Counted from the first letter of the stretch, positions 50,466 through 58,660 are shown. The stretch is 64,000 bases of DNA from Candidatus Moraniibacteriota bacterium (GCA_035390125.1 DAOOTD010000002.1:41908-105907); one strand, 5' to 3'. Made by a program: numbers and translations. The notes: generated by a model not told the origin, from the sequence alone.

Positions 50466-51368
50466 TTGTTATCCACAACAAATATGTCTGATGGTGAAGA
50501 ACTTAAAATCTATATAGACGGATCTGCTATAACAAATCCAGGAAAATTAGTTGGATGTGCGGGAATAGTTTGCTATCCAGAATTCCTTAATATCCCAAAC
50601 AAAGAGCTCAGATGGTCCTACTCATTGGGGTCAATTGGCAGCATGGAACTTCTGGCTTTGATAAATGCTTTAAAGTGGATTAACAAAAATGTAGCACATC
50701 TTCTTGAAAATTCTATAAGTTCAATATTAATCCTAAGTGATTCTGACTACATTGTTAGTTCGGCCAATTCATGGGTCTATAAATGGAGCAATCCATGGAA
50801 TAAAAATAAATGGAAAAAATCTGATGGTGGTACGGTTAAACACGAGAAATTATGGAAAGAATTTCTAAAAGAACGTAAAAAAACACGGATCAATTTCAAT
50901 ATTACAATTGAATGGATTGAAGGCAAGAGTACCCAAGAGACGAAAAGTGTCGATAAGGCAGCAAAAAGATCAGCAAGAAGTCTGGTGAAAAAGCCGAATT
51001 TTGAACAAATGCCTTATAAACAAGGGCGATCTTTACTGGGAAAAAAATCAAAATTAGAGTTATTTCTTGAAGTTGGAGAAACACACTTAATAAGAGTTTA
51101 CTCTCATTGTTTAGTCAGTAGAAAAAAAGATGCCGAATGTGAAGTTAGATTTGAGGTGATTAAAGACAAAAGCATCGAAGGAAGATTTAAAGCTTTCACA
51201 TCTCAGAAAATAGGTATTAGCAATATTGATAGGGGGCATTATTATTATGCGACTTTTGCTGACAATAAAATATTGCCGTGGATTGATAAAATAGAAGAAA
51301 TTGAAGAAAAAGAGGTTGAAATTATTAAGAAAAAGGCAAAGACCATAATAAAAGCGAAAACTAGTTAA
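50466..51368 (+). CDS. RNase H (type 1) domain protein with about 130-aa C-terminal extension
   Basis: DEDD-type pattern: IYIDGSA..., SMELLALINAL, ILSDSDYIV, KSVDKAAKRSA. Alternative start at 50484. Confidence 0.65.
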   Translation: MLSTTNMSDGEELKIYIDGSAITNPGKLVGCAGIVCYPEFLNIPNKELRWSYSLGSIGSMELLALINALKWINKNVAHLLENSISSILILSDSDYIVSSANSWVYKWSNPWNKNKWKKSDGGTVKHEKLWKEFLKERKKTRINFNITIEWIEGKSTQETKSVDKAAKRSARSLVKKPNFEQMPYKQGRSLLGKKSKLELFLEVGETHLIRVYSHCLVSRKKDAECEVRFEVIKDKSIEGRFKAFTSQKIGISNIDRGHYYYATFADNKILPWIDKIEEIEEKEVEIIKKKAKTIIKAKTS

Positions 51369-51439
51369 GATAAAGCACCTTGTAGGGTTGATTCAATTGT
51401 ATTAGGATATTAATATGTTTAGACAATATTTTTTACCAT

Positions 51440-51522
51440 AAATCCAGTTCTAACCGTATTAACTAGCCCGCTCAGGTATAAATTTACGGCTTTGTTAAGC
51501 CGTATTTTTGTTGTGGTATAAT
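51440..51522 (+). promoter_or_regulatory. cassette module A: 19-nt boundary motif + palindromic operator ACGGCTTTGTTAAGCCGT + extended -10 TGGTATAAT
   Basis: Operator 51486-51503, TATAAT 51517-51522. Same module recurs at 52209, 53200, 55932 and 57671. Confidence 0.7.
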
Positions 51523-51547
51523 AGAAATATAAAATTAAAATAAAAAA

Positions 51548-52171
51548 ATGCTAAACATTGATTCTGCAAATAAATTAAATCCAAAAGCTATATATTTATT
51601 TGCACTTAGATCATTTATCGCTTGGAGCTTACTAATGCTTGTTGTCGTCGGTCTTACAATATTTGTTATAAACATTTTTAATCAGAAAGAAATTATCTTA
51701 TCATCTAGCACAAAAGTTGGAGTTGGAATTCTAAATGAATACGACTATAGCAAAGCATTTCTTTTATTAATTTGGTTATTGCCAACAATAATTTTGTCTA
51801 TCCTTAGTTCGCTAATTTGGGGATTTCTAGTCTGGAAAAATTATACTTTTGAAATAACCGAAAATTCGATAAATATCAACTATGGAATTATAAAAAAAAC
51901 AAAAGATGTGATTTTTTATTTGGATATTGAAAAAATTGAATCTGAAAAACTAATAGCAGAAACATTAACAGGATTGGTAGCTCTAACTTTCTATTGTTCT
52001 GAAAATAAAACAAGCTCATTTCATAAAATAGTAAGAAATAGAATTATGCAAGCAACTTATTCAAGTGATTTTGTTGATGGCAGATCAATTCCAGGACTTT
52101 CGCCTGAAGAAGCATTAAAATTGAAAGAGACAATCTTGTCGTTCATAGGAAACAAGATAAATAAGAATTAA
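51548..52171 (+). CDS. membrane protein with bacterial PH-like (YdbS/YdbT-type) topology
   Basis: Two N-terminal TM helices then a roughly 120-aa soluble domain. Similar in architecture to bPH_2/DUF304 proteins. Confidence 0.4.
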   Translation: MLNIDSANKLNPKAIYLFALRSFIAWSLLMLVVVGLTIFVINIFNQKEIILSSSTKVGVGILNEYDYSKAFLLLIWLLPTIILSILSSLIWGFLVWKNYTFEITENSININYGIIKKTKDVIFYLDIEKIESEKLIAETLTGLVALTFYCSENKTSSFHKIVRNRIMQATYSSDFVDGRSIPGLSPEEALKLKETILSFIGNKINKN

Positions 52172-52208
52172 CAATGCATTTAAAATTTTAAATAAGGAAT
52201 TCTCCCCT

Positions 52209-52291
52209 AAACTCATTTCGAACATCATCTGCTAATGGGCTCACCTATGAATTTACGGCTTTTTTAAGCCGTATTTTTGTTGTGGTATAAT
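52209..52291 (+). promoter_or_regulatory. cassette module B (operator ACGGCTTTTTTAAGCCGT + TGGTATAAT)
   Basis: Operator 52254-52272, TATAAT 52286-52291. ATG lies 6 nt after the -10, so leaderless geometry. Confidence 0.7.
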
Positions 52292-52297
52292 GAAAAC

Positions 52298-53182
52298 ATG
52301 AATTCTATGAATCCAGAATGGCAAAAGCAAAAGATAGAAAAACAAGAAGCCAAAATTAACATTGGAGATGTTTATTTTAGTGAAGGCTTAAAATCTGTTT
52401 TTGAGAAAGAGGAGTTTGAGAATGAAATACTAAAAATAAATAAGGAAATCGAAAAATACTTGGGAGAGAATAAAAATTCAGCCGTTTACGATTTTAGGAT
52501 ATATGACAACAGAAAAGAATATGAAGAATATTTCAGAACCAATTATCCAGAAAAATCTGATTATATGGAAAATGACATGGTTTTTTATTCTCCAGATGAA
52601 AAACATAATAAAAATGTTATAGCTAAGTTTATGGAGCAAGCGACCTTAGATCCAAATGATTTAAAGATTCGAAAATATCTCGAAAAAGAAAAAATCAAAT
52701 TCGATGAGTTAGAGGCTTTGTCTAAGCAGAATTATAAAAATAATATTTATCCAACAATAGCACATGAATTAACTCATTCTCACCCATTTTTTAAAGGAAT
52801 GGATAATAAATCATCTAGAAGTAAATGGGAACAAGAAATGGTGTGTGTGTTTATTGACCAAAAAATGTGGGAGGAATATGTTCCATCCTATGGCAAAATG
52901 ATAAGAACAAAAGCAAAAGATCAATCTTTAGGTAGAGATTTGTTTGATGAAATCATTAAAGATTTTGAAGAAGGTGATTTTCAGGTTGAAGACTGGGAAA
53001 GGCTTTTTTACAACTTTTTGGAAAACAGACATGGCAAAGAAAAATTAAAAGATTTTTGGAATATTTTGGCCGAACTAAAAGACAAAGCTAATTTTGAACG
53101 ATGCTATGAAAAAATTTTTAGAGAAAATTTGAAAGATGCTATGATTATATTTCAAGAAAGAATAACAACAGATAAAATTTAA
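52298..53182 (+). CDS. HExxH-motif protein (putative zinc metallopeptidase)
   Basis: IAHELTHSHPFF. The track ORF start at 52277 is an artefact that reads through the promoter (TTG TTG TGG TAT AAT). Confidence 0.5.
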   Translation: MNSMNPEWQKQKIEKQEAKINIGDVYFSEGLKSVFEKEEFENEILKINKEIEKYLGENKNSAVYDFRIYDNRKEYEEYFRTNYPEKSDYMENDMVFYSPDEKHNKNVIAKFMEQATLDPNDLKIRKYLEKEKIKFDELEALSKQNYKNNIYPTIAHELTHSHPFFKGMDNKSSRSKWEQEMVCVFIDQKMWEEYVPSYGKMIRTKAKDQSLGRDLFDEIIKDFEEGDFQVEDWERLFYNFLENRHGKEKLKDFWNILAELKDKANFERCYEKIFRENLKDAMIIFQERITTDKI

Positions 53183-53199
53183 ATAAAGCTCTTATTCAC

Positions 53200-53310
53200 A
53201 AACCCAGTTCGAACGTCATCTACTAAGGGGCTCAGTTTTCTAAATTATGGCTTGCTAAAGCCATTTTTTGGTATTAGACATTGACATAATTATTAAAAAT
53301 ATACTATCAT
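53200..53310 (+). promoter_or_regulatory. cassette module C (boundary motif + variant palindrome ATGGCTTGCTAAAGCCAT + TTGACA promoter)
   Basis: Boundary motif 53200-53218, palindrome 53247-53264, consensus -35 TTGACA at 53281. Confidence 0.55.
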
Positions 53311-53388
53311 CAAATATTAGTTTTAGTTCGTTAATATAGATTAATAAATAATTTTACAAAAACAAAAAATATCGAAAGGAGAGAGGAA

Positions 53389-53961
53389 ATGAAATTTAAA
53401 ATACTCTGTATTCACGATACCAAAGGTATCAATTCTAATGAAACAGTAGCAGACTACCACCCGTTAACACTAGTGGATGTCTCAATGCTGATTCACGTGG
53501 CGTATGCCTTTAGAAAAAATGACCAAAAAGTTGCTGACATTCAAGCGCGACTCATTCAGGGGGTTATAGGTATGACCTGTCCATTTCCTGAAAAAGGTGA
53601 AATTAACGAAAGGGCAATAATAATTAAACGATTGTTTATGGAGGCAATGAGAAATAATAAACCCCCAGTTTATTCACAGTTAGCTCTACAACTTTTCGAA
53701 AACATGATGTTTGAAACAGACGCTGATATATTTACGCCAAAGTCTTCAGAAGATGACATGCTTACAAAAAGCATTGAGGAACTCGAATTACCTATTCGTG
53801 CATACAGATTTCTCAAAAGCATCAACATTAATACAATTGGAGAGTTAGTTCAAAAGACAGAAACAGAAATACTTAAGGAAAGAAATGCAGGCCAAAAGAT
53901 ACTTAGCCAAATAAAAGATGCTCTCATTGAGCATGATCTGTATTTCGCCGTAAGAACATAA
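53389..53961 (+). CDS. protein with C-terminal RNA polymerase alpha-subunit CTD-like (helix-hairpin-helix) domain
   Basis: SIEELELPIRAYRFLKSININTIGELVQKTETEILKERNAGQKILSQIKDALIEHDL aligns position-by-position with the bacterial RpoA alpha-CTD (IEELELSVRSANCLK...GELVQRTE.ELLK.PNLGKKSL.EIKD.L). The roughly 120-aa N-terminal domain is unknown. Confidence 0.6.
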   Translation: MKFKILCIHDTKGINSNETVADYHPLTLVDVSMLIHVAYAFRKNDQKVADIQARLIQGVIGMTCPFPEKGEINERAIIIKRLFMEAMRNNKPPVYSQLALQLFENMMFETDADIFTPKSSEDDMLTKSIEELELPIRAYRFLKSININTIGELVQKTETEILKERNAGQKILSQIKDALIEHDLYFAVRT

Positions 53962-54045
53962 AAAAATCCAATTTGATATTAAAAAAAGCCGAAAACCTGG
54001 ATTCAAGTCGTAGGCTTTTTTATTTTAAATAAAACATTTTTTCAT

Positions 54046-54064
54046 AAACCCAGTTCAAACGTCA
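54046..54064 (+). repeat. boundary motif AAACCCAGTTCAAACGTCA (copy D, without operator module)
   Basis: Identical 19-mer directly after the stop of the alpha-CTD-like gene. Downstream promoter differs (TTGACA at 54098 and 54118). Confidence 0.8.
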
Positions 54065-54217
54065 TATACTTAAGTAATTATTTAATAACACTTTAAATTG
54101 ACATTTAGGCTGTGATCTTGACAAATTAGCGCAGAAAGAGGACAATAGAAAACTAATTAGAGGAAAGTTTTTAGTAATTTTAAAACAAGTTCGAAATTCG
54201 AACAGAGAGGTGCAATA

Positions 54218-54613
54218 ATGAAAGAAAAGGTGAAAAATGCATGGTTTTTTGGAAAAGACAGCCCGGAAAAGAACGTTTTGCTTTTGTATTGTATCCTGCT
54301 GCAATTCCATACAAGCGGGTACAAAGACAGAGAGGCTCCCCTGAGAATTCTTAGCAAAAAGGAGCGGAACTTTGTTAATGAGAAAAAAAAGGAGGTCAGA
54401 GAAGATGGTGAAGGAAGAATACCATTCAGATTTTTTCAACTGATAGTGAAAAAAGGAGATGCATTATTGCAAGATGAATGTGTAATGATCCACTTTTGTC
54501 GCTACAAAAACAACTCTTCAATGATTGAGGAACTGAAAAAAGTGGGGAGCAAAAACAACTTCCTGCTGATTAAAAAGAAAAAAAACCTGTTCATATTGAA
54601 ATTCGAAGAATAA
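54218..54613 (+). CDS. hypothetical protein
   Basis: GAGAGG RBS 7 nt upstream of ATG. 131 aa. The overlapping minus-strand ORF 54062-54439 is rejected. Confidence 0.45.
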   Translation: MKEKVKNAWFFGKDSPEKNVLLLYCILLQFHTSGYKDREAPLRILSKKERNFVNEKKKEVREDGEGRIPFRFFQLIVKKGDALLQDECVMIHFCRYKNNSSMIEELKKVGSKNNFLLIKKKKNLFILKFEE

Positions 54614-54626
54614 AGGTTGAAAAAGT

Positions 54627-54678
54627 AGAGCCTCATGAGATAAACACTTTCTCATGAGGCTCTTGTTCTTTGTGTTTT
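54627..54678 (+). terminator. rho-independent terminator (12-bp perfect stem)
   Basis: gagcctcatgag-ataaacacttt-ctcatgaggctc followed by a T-rich run. Confidence 0.7.
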
Positions 54679-54726
54679 ACAATGGTAACATTAGGTAGTA
54701 TTGTAAAAATTAATGACTTAAATCTT

Positions 54727-55812
54727 ATGCCAAGACAAGAAAAATTCGAAACATTTGTGGGCAAAACCTACAAGGAAGGTAGTTTGGAAAAAAGAAAAGA
54801 AATAAGAACTGACTATGAAAATATAGAAGATCAAATAAATTCTTATTATGAAAAGAAAATCACCGCAAAAAATTTAGTTGATAACTTGGGGCTAGTTATT
54901 CTTGGTTCACAAGGTGAGCATGCCAGCACTCAAATTTATGCCTATGAAAATTTGATAAAAACAATTGCTGAAACAGAAAAAGAAGAAGACATAGACATAA
55001 TAGCTGAAGAAATTTTTTATAGCGCAGCAACTGAAAATAATCCAATGAAAAAAGCTTATTTGTTGGGGATATTAAATAATTTTTCTAATCTGGAAAGACT
55101 GGAAGAATTGTTTGGTAAAAAAGATGAAACAAACAATTCAGCAGATGTAAAAATTACAGAAGAAATAAATATAATTCAAAAAATCAGAAAAGCTGCACTA
55201 AGAATAAAAAAAGAAGGGAAAGTTTCCGAACAAGAGGAAGAAGTGTTAAATTATGTCCTAGATAATTTTCCAAGAGATAATAACGAGTGCGAATCCGCTC
55301 GGTTGGTGTCAGCTTATTATAGCAAGGAAAATTATGCGACAAGAATGCCTGCGCTAGGAAAACAAAAATTGCTCGAAGATGAAGTGTGGAAATGTTTAGA
55401 AGGAAACGGAATTCCTCGCTATGTGTATGCTCTTCCGGCGGGATGGCATCCTTCTGGCGAAAAATTAGATGAGGCTGATAGGTTTGGTATTAATTTGACT
55501 CAACAAGCGGCTATTTTCGAAGGAAAAGAAAAAATATTTATTGAATACGACATGAATCCACGATTATCGCGGCTTTATAATAGAAGAATAAAATATTATA
55601 GAGATCAAAAAAATCTCAAGAAAGTTGAAGAACTAGAAAATGCTTTAAAATTGAGGGTGTGGAGAGAAATTGAAAAAGATCCTGAAGCTATGGAAACATT
55701 CCAAAATATTGATAATATAGTTATTATCAAAAAAACAATTCGAGATTACGCAGACGATGTTGATATTAATAATTTAATGGAAAAAGACTTCCGTGATGAT
55801 GCAGTTCGATAA
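54727..55812 (+). CDS. hypothetical protein
   Basis: About 360 aa, Glu/Lys-rich, no motif recognised. Start taken at MPRQEKF just after the terminator. Confidence 0.45.
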   Translation: MPRQEKFETFVGKTYKEGSLEKRKEIRTDYENIEDQINSYYEKKITAKNLVDNLGLVILGSQGEHASTQIYAYENLIKTIAETEKEEDIDIIAEEIFYSAATENNPMKKAYLLGILNNFSNLERLEELFGKKDETNNSADVKITEEINIIQKIRKAALRIKKEGKVSEQEEEVLNYVLDNFPRDNNECESARLVSAYYSKENYATRMPALGKQKLLEDEVWKCLEGNGIPRYVYALPAGWHPSGEKLDEADRFGINLTQQAAIFEGKEKIFIEYDMNPRLSRLYNRRIKYYRDQKNLKKVEELENALKLRVWREIEKDPEAMETFQNIDNIVIIKKTIRDYADDVDINNLMEKDFRDDAVR

Positions 55813-55931
55813 TTAGCTTAATGTTTTAAATCTAAATTCTATTTTTAAATAAAAAACTTCCATTTTGGGAGTTTTTTATTAATATTTATTTATATTTAGA
55901 GCTTCTGAATAAAAGCAGATAGGGCACATTT

Positions 55932-55969
55932 ACTGCTTTGTTAAGCCGTATTTTTTGTTGTGGTATAAT
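55932..55969 (+). promoter_or_regulatory. cassette module E (operator ACTGCTTTGTTAAGCCGT + TGGTATAAT)
   Basis: One-mismatch palindrome 55932-55949, TATAAT 55964-55969. Confidence 0.65.
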
Positions 55970-55993
55970 GAAAAATGTAAATTGATAAATAAT

Positions 55994-56512
55994 ATGGAAA
56001 TCAAAAATAAGCTTCTATTTAAAACTGAAGTAAAAAAGAAAATAGATAGATTTATCAAAGAATTCCCTATATATTTTTTTATAAACATCGTTATTAACAT
56101 TTCTCTCATAGTAATGATATTGGGAAGTGCCTTTTTTGTAGCTTTTAGCCTTGAAATGCTCGGCACCGGAATACATGCATATATAATCTTATTTATTGCT
56201 TTTTTATCTCTCGTTTTCAGAATAACCATAAAAGGCTTTTTTCGAAATATTAAAATTCTGAAAAGCATTCAAGCGGGCGACTATGAATTTGGAATTGAAA
56301 ATCATGAGCTGGATAATGCGATAGAATTTATTGAAGACATGCCGATAAAAAAAGACGAAGTTGAAAAAATGAGAGTAGCTCTTTCTTTTAATAAATTGAT
56401 TGATGTACTTGAGTACGCGCGTATTATAAAATGTAGCAAAGGCTTATATGATGTTGATTTGGTTTTTAAATATAGAGTAGAAAAAGTTATAGAAGATTGT
56501 ATTAAAATGTAA
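55994..56512 (+). CDS. hypothetical membrane protein
   Basis: Three N-terminal TM helices and a cytoplasmic C-domain. The track start 55955 reads through the promoter (the same MLWYNE artefact). Confidence 0.5.
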   Translation: MEIKNKLLFKTEVKKKIDRFIKEFPIYFFINIVINISLIVMILGSAFFVAFSLEMLGTGIHAYIILFIAFLSLVFRITIKGFFRNIKILKSIQAGDYEFGIENHELDNAIEFIEDMPIKKDEVEKMRVALSFNKLIDVLEYARIIKCSKGLYDVDLVFKYRVEKVIEDCIKM

Positions 56513-56534
56513 ATTTGTAAACTAATAGAAAAAC

Positions 56535-56855
56535 ATGATTCCAATAGAATTTCTCAGGCAGTTTCGCGTTGGTGAATATGCAATCTTCGATCTAGCAGTA
56601 TCTTTTCTAGGAATTTATTTATTATCCTCTTTGCTGTCAAAAATGTTTCTTAAAATAAGAATCAATGTTCCTAAACATAACTGGTTGTTTCTAACTTTGC
56701 CAATTGGCATTGTTGCTCATCTGATTTTCGGACATATGACACCCATGACTAAAAATTTCCTGGATATTCATGGTCATTATGTTCTAAAAAGCTTAATTGT
56801 AGGTCTGTTGATTCTTGGTTTGAGGAATATAAAAATAATTAAGAAAAATAAATAA
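56535..56855 (+). CDS. hypothetical small membrane protein
   Basis: 106 aa with three hydrophobic helices. Confidence 0.4.
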   Translation: MIPIEFLRQFRVGEYAIFDLAVSFLGIYLLSSLLSKMFLKIRINVPKHNWLFLTLPIGIVAHLIFGHMTPMTKNFLDIHGHYVLKSLIVGLLILGLRNIKIIKKNK

Positions 56856-56878
56856 TCTTTTTCCGATAGAATATTTTC

Positions 56879-57649
56879 ATGGAAAAAATAATTATCAAAA
56901 ACAGGAAAGATCAAAACGTTGTAGTTTTGTTAGAAAGAGCTGCAAATCAAAAAGGATTGGCATTTGTTATGCATGGACTAGGGGGTTTTAAGGAGCAAGA
57001 ACATATTGAAACATTTGCCGATGCTTTCAAGAAAAAGAACTATACCGTAATTAGATTTGATACAACAAATACAATAGGTGAAAGCGATGGAAACATGGTT
57101 GACGCAACACTTACTAATTATTATGAAGACTTAGAAGATGTGATTGATTGGGCGAGTAAACAAAATCTTTATCAACAACCATTTGTTTTGTGTGGTCATA
57201 GTCTTGGTGCAATATCCTCGGCTTTATATGCTGAAAAATATCCAGAAAAAATAAAAGCTCTCGCTCCTATTTCCACGGTGATTTCCGGAAAGCTAACAGA
57301 AGAAACGCCAAATTTCATGGAAATTGGAAAAGAATGGGAAGAAAAAGGCATAAGAGAATGGGAAAGCAAAAGTCAGCCAGGTTTAGTTAAAAAATTAAAA
57401 TGGTCGCATGTTGAAGACAGAAGGAAATACGATTTGCTTCCAGCGGTTAAAAAATTAAAAATGCCTGTACTTTTAATTGTTGGTGATTTAGACGATACCA
57501 CTCCACTTAATCAACAAGAATTGCTATATAATAGTTTACCCGGGAAGAGAGAGCTCCATATTATAAGGGGCGCAGAACATACTTTTAGAGAAAAAGAGCA
57601 TCTCGATGAAATATATAAAATATTTTTGAGGTGGATTGAAAGTCTATAG
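56879..57649 (+). CDS. alpha/beta-hydrolase fold protein (esterase/lipase-like)
   Basis: Nucleophile elbow GHSLG. Downstream Asp/His in the usual order (VGDLDD..., GAEHTF). Confidence 0.7.
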   Translation: MEKIIIKNRKDQNVVVLLERAANQKGLAFVMHGLGGFKEQEHIETFADAFKKKNYTVIRFDTTNTIGESDGNMVDATLTNYYEDLEDVIDWASKQNLYQQPFVLCGHSLGAISSALYAEKYPEKIKALAPISTVISGKLTEETPNFMEIGKEWEEKGIREWESKSQPGLVKKLKWSHVEDRRKYDLLPAVKKLKMPVLLIVGDLDDTTPLNQQELLYNSLPGKRELHIIRGAEHTFREKEHLDEIYKIFLRWIESL

Positions 57650-57670
57650 TCTAAATGAAGCATTTTCTCT

Positions 57671-57754
57671 AAACCCAGTTCAAACGTCAGATAATAATGG
57701 GCTCAGGTATGAATCTACAGCTTTGTTAAGCTGTATTTTTTGTTGTGATATAAT
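57671..57754 (+). promoter_or_regulatory. cassette module F (boundary motif + operator ACAGCTTTGTTAAGCTGT + TGATATAAT)
   Basis: Motif 57671-57689, perfect palindrome 57717-57734, TATAAT 57749-57754. ATG 6 nt downstream (leaderless geometry). Confidence 0.7.
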
Positions 57755-57760
57755 TTAATT

Positions 57761-58249
57761 ATGAAGAAAAAAACGAAAGAAGCTTTTGATTGGATAATTA
57801 AAATATTCAGAGATAATAATATACCCTTTCAATTATCCGGAGGCCTTGCTGCTAAAATTTATGGTTCGCCAAAAGATTTGTGGGATATTGATTTTGATAT
57901 TCCAGATAGCTGTTTTTCCAAGGTGAGAAATTTAGTTTCCAAATATGTTATATTTGGTCCTAAAAAAACAACCGCCGAAGGTTTTGATTGTATGCTTTTA
58001 AGGCTGAATTATCATGGGCAGCAAATTGATGTGAGCGGAAATTGTATAAAAATTTTTGATAAGGTTAAAAAGAAATGGGTCAAAGATAATACTGACTTTG
58101 AAAGATCAGCCAAAAAAAGAGTGTTCGATAGAATTGTTCCGGTGATATGTCCGGAAGATCTGCTAAAGTATAAAAGCAAACTCTCAAGAAAGGCGGATTC
58201 AATAGACATAAAGGCTTTAAAAAAATATCTATTACAAAAAAATAAATAA
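57761..58249 (+). CDS. minimal nucleotidyltransferase-fold (Pol-beta superfamily) protein
   Basis: hG[GS]-x9-DhD pattern: LSGGLAAKIYGSPKDLWDIDFDI. Confidence 0.5.
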   Translation: MKKKTKEAFDWIIKIFRDNNIPFQLSGGLAAKIYGSPKDLWDIDFDIPDSCFSKVRNLVSKYVIFGPKKTTAEGFDCMLLRLNYHGQQIDVSGNCIKIFDKVKKKWVKDNTDFERSAKKRVFDRIVPVICPEDLLKYKSKLSRKADSIDIKALKKYLLQKNK

Positions 58250-58355
58250 AGTATTTCTATCTTAAAAGGATAGTGTCATCAACTCTTGTTTTATAAATTA
58301 TGCAATTTTTGTTATAATAAAGGCGTAAGAATAAAGGCAATAATCAAATAAGCAT

Positions 58356-58643
58356 ATGAATAAACCAAAAGTAAATTATGTTATAGATTTTTTAGCTTTT
58401 ATTTCTTTTATCATCACCGCCCTCTCGGGTTTAGTGATAAAGTTTTTTATGCCTAGTGGAGTGAGGCAGGGCAGATTCCAGGAATTTCTTGGTGTCCAAA
58501 AAGGAGCTTGGTCAGAAGTCCACGATTTTTTTGGAATACTGATGATCATTCTTGTTTTGGTTCATTTTATCCTGCACTGGGACTGGATTGTTTGTATGAC
58601 GAAAAATATATTAAAATCAAATAATTGTGAAGTTAAAAAATAA
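58356..58643 (+). CDS. hypothetical small membrane protein
   Basis: Two TM helices with conserved His (HDFFG...HFILHWDW). Confidence 0.4.
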   Translation: MNKPKVNYVIDFLAFISFIITALSGLVIKFFMPSGVRQGRFQEFLGVQKGAWSEVHDFFGILMIILVLVHFILHWDWIVCMTKNILKSNNCEVKK

Positions 58644-58660
58644 TAATTAATAACAAATCA

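Noticed and set aside
52277-52297. Track ORF starts at 52277 and 55955 (MLWYNE...).
   Set aside because: These read through the promoter itself (TTG TTG TGG TAT AAT = LLWYN). True starts are the ATGs at 52298 and 55994 downstream of the -10 element.
54062-54439. Minus-strand ORFs 54062-54439 and 54157-54357.
   Set aside because: The plus-strand gene 54218-54613 has a GAGAGG RBS, a promoter upstream and a 12-bp-stem terminator downstream. The antisense frames have none of these.
51440-57760. Repeated intergenic module as a CRISPR array or integron attC sites.
   Set aside because: The repeats are ~85 bp, non-identical, and separated by 0.5-1.2 kb genes rather than 30-40 bp spacers. No cas genes are present. 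No IntI tyrosine recombinase and no R'/R'' GTTRRRY cores; the only recombinase here is a serine integrase.
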